In this document: piece after piece, positions 1 through 20,536 of the stretch
How positions within the stretch are numbered: the stretch's first letter is position 1
Layout: each line of letters begins with the position of its first letter
From: the human T2T-CHM13v2.0 reference genome, Homo sapiens
DNA length: 64,000 nucleotides
Reading direction: 5' to 3' (one strand)
Assembly (NCBI RefSeq): GCF_009914755.1
Contig: NC_060940.1
Notes under the pieces: generated by a model
What the model saw: only the letters and a program-made list of their open reading frames with translations
The model's database searches: none
What the model was told of the DNA's origin: nothing
Position numbers and translations under genes: made by a program

Positions 1-2370
1 CCTGCGGAGTACTCAGCGGCTGCAGTTCAAGTATGAGAACCCCTTGGTGGCTGACATGACTGAAGAGTCCACAATAGCTACGAACTGTGAAGGAACTTGG
101 GAAATAGCACCATGCAGCAGAAAGCAGAAAAAAACAATGGGCTAGTAATCAATAAAAATGGTTTCTATTATCAGTTAATCCACATTTTAAGGTATTTAAC
201 CTCCTTGGGCCTCGGCTTCCTCTTTTAAAATGAAGGGGATGGAATACAGTGTATCTCAGACTTCTGGTTCCAAAATTTGATGAGACTATGCAATCAGTGG
301 TCTCAATCATGATACTTCTGTTTTAGACTTAAGTTCAAATGATGTATATATCTAATAAGTAATTTATCCAGAGACTGCTAACCTGTCAAAATGGTATCAC
401 TAAAACCACTGAAATAATTACTTCATGGTTCTTAGATAACATTGATGGTTCCAAGGCTCATCGGAAAGACAACAGGTATCAGTTACACAAACATGCCATC
501 ATATTGAGGGCTGGGGAGTGTATGGTGGTGTTTTATTCACTTTACAAAATTAGCTACAAAATTAGCTAGTGCACCTACTTGGGTTTGTCATAGATATCAT
601 AAAACTGTATCATACAAATGGGGGCACCGAAAAATACTAAAAAACGGCCAAGAGAAACATATAGCATTTTTGATTTCCTCATTTCTACAAACTGGAGTTT
701 CTTTTTTTATTTATATATCACACTGTAATTCTATTACATACAATATAATTGTATATTATGTTCTAATTCTACTACCTATTTTATCTAGTTCACAAAAACG
801 GGATGCAGGAAAGATAAGCCATTTTCAAGACAGGCTGAATGAGGTAATAAACAGCACTGTGGGTCCTTGACATTCGGATTTCATGAATAAAACTACCATT
901 GGTTTTTAAGGTTTATCTACAGAACATCATGTGACCCCCCCCTTTGATGGCTCTTTATAACTTCAAAGGTGGCCTTAAAGACAGGTTTACCACTCCGTGT
1001 TCATCACTGATTGAGCAGTGAGAGGAAAATGTCTTCAGTTTTTATTATAAATTCTTTACAACTGCTCTCCATATTATTTAAAGTGATTAGAAAACAGCAC
1101 TGATATTGTCAGCTTTTGTTTCATAGAAATGTGAGTTATATTAATAATTACACCTACATTAACCTTTATGGCTTTTCACTGGTTAAGCATGGCTGGTGGA
1201 AATGACAATCAAGCATCAGTTATTGATATGGGATTTTAATGGTATGCTTCAATTCAAATAATAAAATGATTGAACTATAAGTCTTTATATAAAAAAAGAC
1301 AGCAAAAATAGTGCCAGTTATGAACTCCACTTATAGCCTGAGAACTCTCTACCTATTGCTGTTCCTCACTGCTGGGTCATGGTGTGGAAAGGAAGGGGAG
1401 GGCTGGAATTTTGTGTCCCCCCCAATTTCAATGAGATGTGGCAATGATGCTGAAGGATGGCTGTCCTTCAGCAAAGCCTGCAGGGGGCCTGCAGGCAGTA
1501 TGTCACCGAAAATCACATTACGGGTTTATTCTAACAAAAATATCTGCTGCTGCTTTCACAGTTCTAGTCCTAGAAATTATTTTCCTAAAACTGTTTCTTT
1601 CTTAAAGAGTGAGGTATATATTAGTATTCAGTGCCTGGGAAGAAGCCAAATATATCCTGATTGCTATTCTGTATCATTCATTTTAGCAAAATTATTCTAT
1701 TTCAGTTATATCTGCAATCTACAATGGGTAGGCATGAACTGAATCTCTCATGCAGAATTAGCCCATTTATATAAACCTCTTCTGAAATACTAATTGTTTC
1801 CATGGGTGAAATTGTAACAATTACAAATCACAGCTTAGAGGAGAACAAAAGAAATAGTTCAATAATTTGAATTAATGATAAGCATGAAAAAATTTACTAA
1901 TTGGAGCTCTGAAATTTGCTTTCCAAATGGAGGTTTTTCAAGCTGGCTCTTGTTTTTAAAAAACTCTGTTAAATCCCTTATTTTAATCACACACACTTTT
2001 TCTGAAGGGGCGGCTTTCTTCTTTTTCTTGGGTAATAAAGCTAAATTTGGGATATGAAGTTAAATCTATTGCAGCCTTACAATTTAAACTTATTCTTACA
2101 TTTGGTGATTAGTTAATATAAAGATATCACTCGAGGGAGGCTTTTCACCTGTTTAATTATCAGATTTGTATTAACAAAAAAAATTAGTGTATATAGAGAA
2201 AATACCTTAACTAAAACACATTAGAGAAGAATTTCTCATCATGGATATAGACCAGTGCTGCCCAAAATAAATATGTGAGTAAAAAATGTGAGCAAGTAGC
2301 CACATTAAAAAGTAAAAAAGAAATTGGTGGAATTAATTTGACTTATATAGTTTATTTAACCCAACATATC

Positions 2371-3203
2371 AGTGCAGAAAGAGTTAACATTATAGCAGGC
2401 CTGAGGGTGCTACCTTTGAAAGGTTCTGATTGCAAGACTGGCCCTTGGGTGCCATCCATTCCCTAACAGATAAGGGTACTTCATTGTACCTAGACTTTGC
2501 ATAAAAGATGTCATTTATGCCAAATACTTGCTTTCCTGCTAAGAGTCTGAAATTTTGATATATGCAAAGCAGAGGGTGCCTATGTGACCAGACTCTGATA
2601 AGAACCTTGGGTGCTGAGTCTCTAATGGGCTTCTCTGGGCAGAAACACTGCGTATGTGCTACTGCATTTTTATTTTTTTTTTGGAGACAGAGTCTCACTC
2701 TGTTGCCCAGGCTGGAATGCAGTGGCATGATTCACAGCTCACTGCAGCCTCAACCTCCTGGGCTCAAGTGATCCTCCTGTCTCAGCCTCCAGAGTAGCTG
2801 GAACCACAGGTTTGCACCACCATGCCCAACTCATTTAAAACTGTTTTGGTTTTTTTTTTTTTTTTTGTAGAGATGTTGTCCCATTATGTTGCCCAGGCTG
2901 GTCTCAGGCAATCTTCCCACCTTGGCCTCCCAAAGAGCTGGGATTACAGGCGTGAGCCACTGTGTCCAGTCCATGCCCATTTGCTGTTGTTGGAGAAACA
3001 GGCATACTCAGAATGCCCCTCATGGAAAGGACGCGATATGTGGACCTGCGCAAGGATCGGTCCAGACCCTGGCAGCCTCTCCCTGGCGGCTCCCTTTTGT
3101 TGTCCTCCATCCCAGCTGTGAGTGCAGTACAAATAAATGCTGGGTTCTAGAGTCCTTCCAGCAAGGCACCTAACATGGGGATGCTGTTGGAAGCCCCGAA
3201 ACA
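2371..3203 (+). mobile_element. ERVL-class solo LTR (MER68-like), split by an Alu
   Basis: Begins gtgcagaaagagttaaca, has AATAAA, ends in CA; 5-bp TSD atatc/atttc. Confidence 0.65.
2667..2970 (-). mobile_element. AluJ
   Basis: Reverse Alu dimer with poly(T) head. Confidence 0.9.
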
Positions 3204-5136
3204 ATTTCCAAAACATTCTCATTTTAACATATAGCATAAAATACTGTTAGTGGGATACTTTACATTCTTTATTTCATACCAAGCCTCTGACATCTGGGAG
3301 GCGTTTTTATAATGATAGCACACGTCGGTTTAGACGGGCCATGTTATAAGTGCTCAGAGGCTGCAGGTGGCTGGCGGACACTGGACTGGACAGCACAGGT
3401 GCACAGAAACCGAGGGAAAAATAAGAAGGCTAAAAGCCTTTCTTGTTAGCTACGTCTTTGTATAAAGCACTGATTTGTAGTTATTTGACACAGTGAAACA
3501 GCCTCTGCATAGTTTTTTAAGTTTGAAAAGTTCTCAAATTTAAAAGGTTTTAGAAACATGCTCAGGTTCTCTCCCTGGTGAAGGAAGCAGCAGCAGCAAA
3601 GTTCACTCTCAGCAAATGCCACCGTGAGCTCCCGACATTTCCAGCTGCCCAAGGAGCTCACCATGTCCAAAACATGACACTTTCCCCATCTTGTCTGTTC
3701 AGTTTTCATCTTTCAGTCAGACTCAAAATTGTAGGTGACTGACTCACTCTTTTAGCCTTCATTGAATGGGTCATTGAATCCTGTGGATTCCGTTTCCCCA
3801 CTCTTCTTTGTCCTCACTGCCCCTGCTTAGGTTCAGACCTCCATGGCTTCCCGCTGTGACTATGGAAGTAAACTCTTAACTCATATCCATGCCCCAGCTA
3901 AGGCACAGCGCTAAAGATGTTACTTTATAGTGTCAACTCCCTGATGCCTGTAAGATGAGTCTACATTTTCCCTTTGATTTTTTTCAAAGGGCTTCATCCA
4001 GTTTTAATCTACCTTTCCTGCCTCCTTTCTCTGCCACTCCCTCTACCACACTTCTTGTGGCCCACCTTAGCTCTGCTTCAATGCTTTGCTCATTATTGCT
4101 TCTGTCTAAAATAACAGCCTCAATGAACATTTCTACCTTCAAAATATATCTACTCTCAAGGACACACCCAAAGGACCTGCACTCAAAGACCACCTCCTCC
4201 GTAATTGATGCTGCCTGTTTGAAGGAACTTGGATATTTAACAGGAGAACCCTTTATGTCTCAAAGGGTCTTCGTCACGGTCAATCCTACACTGTCACTAT
4301 TTGCCTAGGTCACCTTACCTAACTGACTGGAAAACCCTTTAGGGCAGGTACTGTTCCATGCATGTTTGTATCTTCCTAGCATCAAACACAGTACCTCACA
4401 TGACAAATGCCAAAGAAATGCATGGAAAGCAGGTAGGAAGGCTGGTTGACCAAATTGGCTTCATAACCCAATTGACCATTTGGCATCTCATGAAGACCTT
4501 TAAAATTCTAGATAGAAGAGTTCAGCTATAAGAAAGCCTGTATATGGTCATAAACAGTCATGATTTTAATACAGAATCCATGGAATAATACAATGCCTTG
4601 AAATTATAAGATTGAGAAAAACTATTAATTTTCAAATTTGTCAAAAATATCTGATATCTTACTGTCACACTTTTGTATTTACAAACTCTGTATTTGCACA
4701 AATCATACAGCTTACCATTACACCATACTCATCAGTCAGGATATAAAGGCTAAAATATTTGTTTCTTTTCATGACAATAGATAAGATATACCACTTATAA
4801 TTTTAAAATATATGTGATGTGAACATACAAACTCAACTATATCTGGGCAGTTCAGATGTGTCTTAAAATGGTATTATTCTTCATACAGGAGATGAATCTG
4901 AGGAAACAGTTGGAAGAGGCTAACCAGCCCTGCCCAAATGTAGATTAAAGTTAAGGGCCATTCAAATTCAAGTAAAAAAATGATGGTATTTTGGAAAGCA
5001 GATTTTGCCAAAGCTACTGGTAATATGATCTGCACTTATGATAAGCAAAATAAAAAAAAATTAGGAAGTACTGATATATCACTTGGATTTTTTTTTTTTT
5101 TTTTTTAATCCTTAGCTAATTGGCTGAGGAGTTTAA

Positions 5137-5550
<414 letters not shown>

Positions 5551-5833
5551 ATTTATTTTTTGAGACGGGGTCTTGCTCTGTCACCCAGGCTGGAGTGCAG
5601 TGGTGCAATCTTAGCTCACTCCAACCTCTGCCTCCTGGGTTCAAGTGATCCTCCCATCTCAGTCTCCTGAGTGGTGCATACCACCACGCCCAGCTAATTT
5701 TTGTATTGTTAGTAGAGATGGGGTTTCACCATGTTGGCTAGGCAGGCTGGTCTCAAACTCCTGAGCTCAAGCGATCCACCCGCCTCGGCCTCACAAAAGC
5801 TGGAATTACATGTATGAGCCGCTGTGCCTGGCC
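5551..5833 (-). mobile_element. Older Alu (J/S)
   Basis: Reverse Alu dimer. Confidence 0.88.
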
Positions 5834-5929
5834 TAGGAACCCAAAGAAGAATCCTAAAATCTGTCTTCAAAATTTCTCCACTTTTAAGTTGTGGTGGTTG
5901 TCTGTGTATGAGCTACAACCTTTAATAAG

Positions 5930-7555
5930 AAAAACTTCCCACATGCTTACCAAATAGTGAAGATAACTTTTAAAAACTTAAGCAGTTCATAAAAACACAA
6001 TCTCCATAGTAACCATAAGAACATATCTATAAAATATACACAAAAGGAAATGCGAAGGGAATCAAAACTTGTCACTACAAAAAAAAATCAATTAAAGAAA
6101 AGAAGGCAGTAATGGAGGAAATGAGAGACAACAAAGCTATAGACACACAGAAAACAAGTAGCAAAGTGACAGAACCTTCCTCATCAGCAATTAAACATAA
6201 ATAAACTCTCCAATCAAAAGAAGAGATTGCAGAATTGATGGGAAAAAACAAGATCCAATTATATGCTGCCTGTAGGACACTCACTTTAAAGATATAAAAA
6301 AGTTGAAAGTAAAAGGATGGACAAAGATATTCCATGCAAATAGTTGCTAAAAGACAGCTAGGGGGTGGCAAGACTAGTCTTGGATAAAAAAGGACACGGT
6401 ATATTGATAAAAGGGTCAATTCACCCAGAAGATATAACGATTATAAACATATATGGACTAAAAACAAAGGAGCCCTAAAATATATGAAACAAACATTGAT
6501 AGAACTGATGGGAGAAGTAGACACTTGTACAATAGTAATTGGAGACTTCAACATTGCACTTTCAATAAAGGATAGAATGACCAGGCAGAACATCAATAAG
6601 AAAATAAAGGACCTGAACACCACTATAGACCAAATGGACCTAACATATACAGAAAATTCCACCCAATAACAGAAAAATGTAATTTTTCTCAATTACACAT
6701 CAGACAGTCTCTAGAATAGACTACGTATGTTCAGCCACAAAACAAGTCTTAATATATTTTAAATGACTGAAATATAAAATTTATTTTCAAATCAAAATGG
6801 AATGAAACTAGATATCAACAACTGAAGGAAAATGAAAAAATTCACAAGTCTGTGTAAATTAAACTACACACTCTTACACAACTTTTAAAGCTGTGATTTC
6901 AAAAAAGAAATCCACGGGAAATTATAAGATACCTTGAGACAAATGAAACCCAAAACATGCCAAAACTTATGCAGAGTACTAAAAGCAGTAGTAAAAGGGA
7001 AATTTACACCTGTAAATGCCTACATTAAAAAAGAAGAAACAACTTAGATCAATAGTTTAACTTTATACCTTAAGGAACTAGAGAAAGAAGACAAACTAAA
7101 TCCAAAGCTAGCAGAAGTAACAAAATAATAAAGATTTGAGTGACAATAAATAAAATAGAAAACAGAAAAAGAGCAAAAACCCAAAACTTGATTCTTTGGA
7201 CAGATCAACAAGACTGACAAACCTGTGGCTAGAATTATTAAGAACAAAAAGACTCAAATTATTAAAATCAGAAATGCAACTGGAGACATTACTACAGATC
7301 TGACGTATATAAAAAGAATCATAAGTGAATACTAAGAACAACTGTATGCCAACAAACTGACAACCTAGAGGAAATGGATGAATTCCTAGAAACACACAAT
7401 CAAAACTGCATAATGAAGCCAAAGAAAATCTGAATAGGCCTAAAACTAGCAAGGAGATTAAAAAAAGAATCCAGAACTTCTCAACAAAGAAAGGCTCTGG
7501 ATCACATGGCTTCACTGGTGAATTCTACTAAACATGTAAAGAATTAACACCAATC
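5930..7555 (+). mobile_element. Older L1M ORF2, 5' piece (host of the L1PA)
   Basis: Endonuclease-like peptide TIVIGDFNIALS (6484-6669); sequence resumes after 14289. Confidence 0.85.
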
Positions 7556-14274
<6,719 letters not shown>

Positions 14275-14325
14275 AATTAACACTAATCCTCAAACTCTTT
14301 GAAAAAGTTGAAGAACAAACACTAC

Positions 14326-14375
14326 TTACTCATTCTATGAGGCCAGAACTAGTTACTCATTCTATGAGGCCAGAA
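14326..14375 (+). repeat. 27-bp-period tandem duplication (ttactcattctatgaggccagaa)
   Basis: Two perfect 23-mers at 14326 and 14353. Confidence 0.9.
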
Positions 14376-15549
14376 TTACTCTGATACCAAAGCTAGAAAA
14401 AGATACACAAAAAAACCTAAAGACCAATATCCCTTATGAATATTAATATAAAAATCCTCAAGAAAATTATTACTTCAGAATTCAGCAACATATAAAATGA
14501 TTATACACCAAGAACAAGTGGGAATTATTCCCAGAATGCATGAGTGGTTCAATATACAAAAGTCCACCAATTTAATACATCACATTTACAGTAAGGGAAA
14601 AAAACTACATGATGAACTCAATGAATTTTTAAAAAAGCATTTGACAAAATTCAACAGGCTTTCATAAGAACATTCAATTAACTATGAATAGAAAAAAAAT
14701 TTCCTTCACATGACAAAGGCCATATATGAAAAACCCAAAGCTAACATCATAATCAGTAGTGAAGGACAGAGCTCCACTAAGATCAAGAATAAGACAGATA
14801 CCCAATTTCACTTCTATTGAATATATACTGGAAGTTCTGGTTAGAGCAATTAGGCAAGAAAAGGAAATAAAAGGTATCCAAATTGGAAAGGAAGATAAAA
14901 GGTTTTCTCTGTTCACAGACAACACAATCTTATATGCAGAAAACCCTAAAGATCACACCCACCCCCACACCCACACCCCCGTTAGAGCTAATAAACTAAG
15001 TCAACAAAGTTGCAGGATGCAAAACCCGCATACACAAATCCGTTGCATTTCTAAACACTGCCAATTAACAATTAGAAAAGGAAATTAAGAAAATAATTCC
15101 AGTATAATAGCATTAAAAAGAATAAAATATTAGGAATAAATTTAACTAAGGGGGCAAAACATTTGTATGCTGAAAACTACAAAACATTGCTGAATGAATT
15201 ACAGATGAAAAATCAATGGGAATATACATCCTGTGTTCATGAATGGGAAGACTTCATACAGTTAAGATGACAATATTACTCAAAGTGACCCACAGATTTA
15301 AAATGATCCCTATCAAAATCCCAACAGTGTTTCTGCAGAAATAGAAAAAGTCATCCTAAAGTTCATGAAATCTCAATGAACCATGAATAGCCAATCCAGT
15401 TTTGAAAAACAAGAAAAAAGTTGGAGGACTCATACTTCCTGATTTCAAAACTTACTACAAATCTACAGTTATCAAAACAGTTGCTACTGGCATAACAACA
15501 GACATATAGACCAATGGAATTAAGAGGCCAGAAATAAATCTTCACATAA

Positions 15550-16020
15550 TTTCTTTTTTTTTTGGACAGAGTCTAGCTCTGTTGCCCAGGCTGGAGTGCA
15601 GTGGCACGATCTCGGCTCGCTGTGACCTCTGCCTCCCAGGTTCAAGTGACTGTCCTGCCTCAGCCTCCTGAGAAGCTAGGATTACAGGCGTGTGCCACCA
15701 CGCCTGGCTAAATTTTGTACTTTTAGTAGAGATGGGGTTTTGTCATGTTGGCCAGGCTGGTCTCAAACTCCTGACCTCAGGTGTTCCACCCACCTTGGCC
15801 TCCCAAAGTGCTCGGATAACAGGCATGAGCCACTGTGCCTGGCCTTTTTTTTTTTCTTTTTTTTACTTTTTTAAAGAAAAATAGAGATGGGGTTTTGCTA
15901 TGTTGACCAGGCTGGTCTTGAACTCCTGCCTAGGCTGGTCTCAAACTCCTGGACTCAAGCAATCCTCCTGCCTCAGCCTCCTGTATAGCTGGGACTACAG
16001 GTGTATGCCACTGTGCCCAG
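15550..16020 (-). mobile_element. AluS (15550-15844) plus Alu monomer (15845-16020)
   Basis: Reverse Alu sequences inside L1M. Confidence 0.88.
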
Positions 16021-16934
16021 ATCTAATTGATTTTTGACAGGGGTGCCAAGACCATTCAATAGGAAAGGACAGTGTTTTCAAAAAATGATCCTGGGAAAGC
16101 TGGATATCCACATGAAAAAGAATGAAGTTGGAGCCTTAACTTACACTATATACAAAAATTAACTCCAAATACATCAAAGACTTAAATGTATTACAAGAGC
16201 TAAAACTATAAAACTCTCAGAAGCAAACATATGAGAAAAGCTTCATGACATTGGTTTTGACAATGATTTCTTGGATATCACACCAAAAACAACAACAAAA
16301 AAAACCCACATTAATTTGGGCTTCATCAAAATTCAAAACTTTTGTACCCAAAAGGACACTATATCAAGGGAGTGAAAAGACAACAAACAGAGTGCAAAAA
16401 AGTCTGCTAATCACATACACAATAAGGGATTAATATCCAGAATACACAGAGAACGTCTACAACTTAAAAAAAAATTCAAAAGCGGGCAAAGGATGTGAAG
16501 AGACCTTTCTGCAAAGAAGATGTATGAATAGCCAAGAAGCCCATGGAAGAATGCTCAACATTACTAATCATTAGGCAAATCAAAACCACAATGAGATGTT
16601 ACTTTACACATATTAGGATGGCTATTATCCAAAAATATGAAAAATAACAGGTATTGGTGAACATGTGGAGAAACTGGAACCCTCTGTGCACTGCTGGTCG
16701 GTGTGTAAAATGGTGCAGCCACTGTGGAAAAGTTTGCCGGTTCCTCAAAAACTTAAACACAGATTTCCCATATGATCCAGCAATTCTACACAGCAGCAGT
16801 ACTCATCATAGCTCAAAGGTAGAAACAATCAAACATCCATCAACAGATGAATGAATGTATAAAGAAAATGTGGCATTTACTTATGGAATATTATTTAGCC
16901 TTAAAAAAGAATACAATTCTGATACATATGACCA

Positions 16935-16994
16935 CATGGATGAACCATGGAAAGATTTCATGGATGAACCATGGAAAGATTTCATGGATGAACC
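16935..16994 (+). repeat. 24-bp tandem repeat x2.5 (catggatgaaccatggaaagattt)
   Basis: Directly visible perfect copies. Confidence 0.9.
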
Positions 16995-17607
16995 TTGAAA
17001 TCATTATGCTAAGTGAAATAAGCCAGACATAAAAGGACAAATATTATATGATTCTACTATGAGTTACCCAGAATATGGAAATTCACAGAGACAGAAAGAA
17101 GAATAGAGGTTACCAGGGTAGGGAGAGAGAAAAATGGGAAGGAACTGTTTCATGGGTATAGAGTTTCAGTTTGGGATGATAAAAATGCTCTAAAGACAGT
17201 GGTGATGGTTGCACAACAATGTGCATGTACTTAATGCCACTGATTTGTACATTTAAAAGTGACTGAGGGTAAATTTTATGCCATGTATATTTTGCCACAG
17301 TTGAAAAAAAAAGCTACAACCCTTCCGGAAGGGTTTTTGGCAATATCTAACGAAATTACACAACTTTTTAAACCAAACAATCCCACTTCTAGGAATTTAT
17401 CCTGAAGATATGTCTCTAACAATACAAAATGACATACGCATAACATTATTCACTGTAGCTTCTTTATAACTGCAAATATTGGGAATAACCTATATGCCCA
17501 CCATAAGTAGAAGATAAAATAAAGTTGGTGTATACAATGCTGTACTATGCAGCTATAAAATAAAAATGTGCTCTATGAATTGATATGGAATGGTTTCCAG
17601 GATATAA

Positions 17608-17906
<299 letters not shown>

Positions 17907-18610
17907 AGGATATACTTTTAAGTTAAAAACATAAAGTGTAAAAGAATAATGCTGTCCTTCACATAAGAAAAAATGGCACATAAGAAAATACAGATGTATC
18001 TGCTCATTTGTGCAAAAAGAAATCCAGATAGAGGTAAGAAATGGAAGGCAGAGAATGAAGGAGGCAAGGACACCTCCAAGTGTCCCTCTTGGGATGTGGG
18101 CTCCTAGGAACAACAATTATGTTTCCACAACTCCCACATAAAAACAATGTACAGACACCATGATGTTGGGGGGGTGCACAAAATGAAATATAAACCACTA
18201 GCCTGAGTAACTGGAAAACAGTATCTTGACAGTAAAGTTAAACATAGAAAGAACTGTACGTAAGGTATTTTGTTAGGAAATTTCTCAAAGGGATATGGAT
18301 TAGCAATTGTGAAGTTACTTTTTGTGTATATTAGGATTAAACAAATTAATCCATTTCAGATAATTAGTCAGGTTTCTCGCTGTTTAAGATGAAGAAAGGG
18401 CTCCTTGGAAATGCGGCTGGTCCAGCGTTGGGTCAGGGAAAACACTAGTTGAGCCTGGTTCATCCAGCATTGCCGTAAAGTAAGAAAATAATTTAAAAAC
18501 TATTAATTCGGTATGTTGAGAGGACAGAGGAGGCAAACTGAAGGAGCTTCCAATGGCTGAAGCTCGGGCTTTGAGCAACAAAATAGTGTTAGTATCATAG
18601 AAAACAATAA

Positions 18611-18900
18611 TTTTTTTTTGAGACAGTCTCACTCTGGTCACCCAGGCTGGAGTGCAGTGGTGTGATCTTAGCTCACTGCAGCCTTGACCTCCTGGGCTCA
18701 GGTGATTTTCCCACCTCAGCCTCCTGAGTAGCTGGGACTATAGGCACCTGCCACCATGCCCAGCTAATTTTTGTATTTTTAGTAGAGATGGGGGTTTCCC
18801 CATGTTGCCCAGGCTGGTCTCGAACTCCTGACCTCAAGTGATCTGCCGCCTCGGCCTCCCAAAGTGCTGGGATTACAGGCATGAGCCACGATGCCCGGTC
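18611..18900 (-). mobile_element. Alu
   Basis: Reverse dimer. Confidence 0.9.
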
Positions 18901-20011
18901 ACAATAATAATATTATTAATATTATAACAATAGAATAAAATAAAATATCCATGAGCCCATACTGATGTAATTATTAATAACTGAATAAGTGAGGAAAAAG
19001 GGATAGTTTTTCTCACAGCAGAATGTTAATTAATGTATACAGAAGGTATGATGGAAATGGAAAATCATGATTAGGTAAACGCTACAGTAGTAACTGTTAC
19101 AGGCAGAAGCCAACAATGGATGCTAAAATTAGTGGGTAAGAAGATATTGGCATAGTCTCAAAGAGACTTATTAATTAGAAAGGAAAAAAATAGCAACTTT
19201 TTAGTGAAGAAAACTGGCAGACAGCACCTTAATGAAGTGATCAAAGTTAACATCACCAGCAATAAGACAAAATGGTACCATGTACCCCTGCTTCACTGAC
19301 ATGATGTAATTAGAAGGGCACAACATAGTTTCTGTGGTATTCCTGACAGAAATACACAGCCTCAATGGAATCCCTAAGAAACATTAGACAAACCCAAACT
19401 GATGGACATTCTACTAAACTGGCTAGCTAGTACTCTTGACAATGTGCCAAGGAAAGATGCAGACAGAGTAACTGTCACAGATGGAGAAGGCTAAGGATAC
19501 TTGACAACTAAAAGCAATGTGGGAAACTGGATCATAAAAGGACCTTCATAGCAAAACTAGAGATACCGGACCGGTCTATAGCTTAGTTAATAATATCGTA
19601 TCTGTGTTAATTTTCAGTTTTACTCTGGCTTTGAGAGATGTTGGCATTAGTGGAATCTGAGTGAACGGCACATAGGGAATCTATCATTTTTACAATGTTC
19701 TGTAAGTTTAAAGTTATTTAAAAAGAAAAAGATCTATGGCATATCTAAATCTTTGATGACCATAGTTTCATGGATTCATAACTATTCACCAAGCTAAATT
19801 AATACTACTACTAAGTTAGAAAATCTTGAGAGAAAGTATAAGTCTTCCCTGTCTGCAATCTCTACCATTTGTTTACACCTTTATAATGAGTGTTCCAATT
19901 GATATGTTAACATGGTTTTTTCACCCATACCAGTCCATTCCAAGAGAACAGGGACCAAGATATAGTTGCTCCTACCTTGTGACTTGCACATTTTTGTCAA
20001 AAGTAAATGCT

Positions 20012-20229
20012 GCCTGGTATAGTGCCGTGTGCCTGCAGTCTCAGCTACTTGGGAGGCTGAAGCAGAGGATCGCTTGAGCCCAGGAGTTTAAGGCCAGCCT
20101 GTGCAACAAATCAACACCCCACCTCTAAAAATTAAATAAAATTTAAAATATTTTAAATTTAAATAATATTCTTGCATTAAAAAGAGCTGTAGTAAAACAA
20201 AAAAAAACATCCTAAAATAAATATTTTAA
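20012..20229 (+). mobile_element. FLAM-type Alu monomer with long heterogeneous tail
   Basis: Monomer 20012-20126; direct repeat aaaagtaaatgctg at 19999 and 20230. Confidence 0.8.
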
Positions 20230-20307
20230 AAAAGTAAATGCTGAGTGTACTGTGAATGAGTGAAAAATATGTAAAAGATCTCAATACTATAGGAATTATT
20301 TACTTAC

Positions 20308-20536
20308 GCTCCACAAAGGAAGTAAAGAGCATTCGAAACCTGCTAAGCCGACTACCTTCATCTGCCCACATTCGAATCACTCCAATTCCTGTTTTAAGCA
20401 TTACATCATTGGCCACAGTGCTGCAAAACTTGGCCTTCAGGTTTTCAATAGAACTGCTTCCATCATAGACTGCAACGAAGTTTCTCTTGCATTCATTTGA
20501 GTGCTCCATTTGATAATCTAGGAACCTCAAATAAAT
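20308..20536 (-). CDS. NETO2: NETO2 exon 7 ([20 protein letters not shown]...RMLFTSFVE; rest of CUB2)
   Basis: Within ORF 20300..20650; acceptor atattacag|ATT, donor GAGC|GTAAGT; 229 nt, phase 0-1; cumulative CDS 883 nt. Confidence 0.97.

Larger units (their letters stand above)
2253..3398 (+). mobile_element. MER33 (hAT-Charlie) DNA transposon, interrupted at 2371-3203
   Basis: Termini cagtgctgcccaa...ggacagcacag; both halves follow the recalled MER33 consensus. Confidence 0.7.
14289..17311 (+). mobile_element. Older L1M (L1MB-like) ORF2 and 3' end, second piece
   Basis: RT-like peptide [23 protein letters not shown]; L1MB-type 3' end and A tail near 17300; interrupted by Alus at 15550-16020. 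Confidence 0.85.

Noticed and set aside
1311-1742. 143-aa + strand ORF
   Set aside because: GTG start, no recognisable homology, antisense intronic position
16935-16994. Short direct repeats as a CRISPR-like array
   Set aside because: Contiguous tandem duplication with no unique spacers, in primate DNA
20300-20307. Exon-7 read-through (SFVERK-stop) as a soluble CUB1-CUB2 isoform
   Set aside because: The donor is strong (GTAAGT) and I found no nearby minus-strand AATAAA
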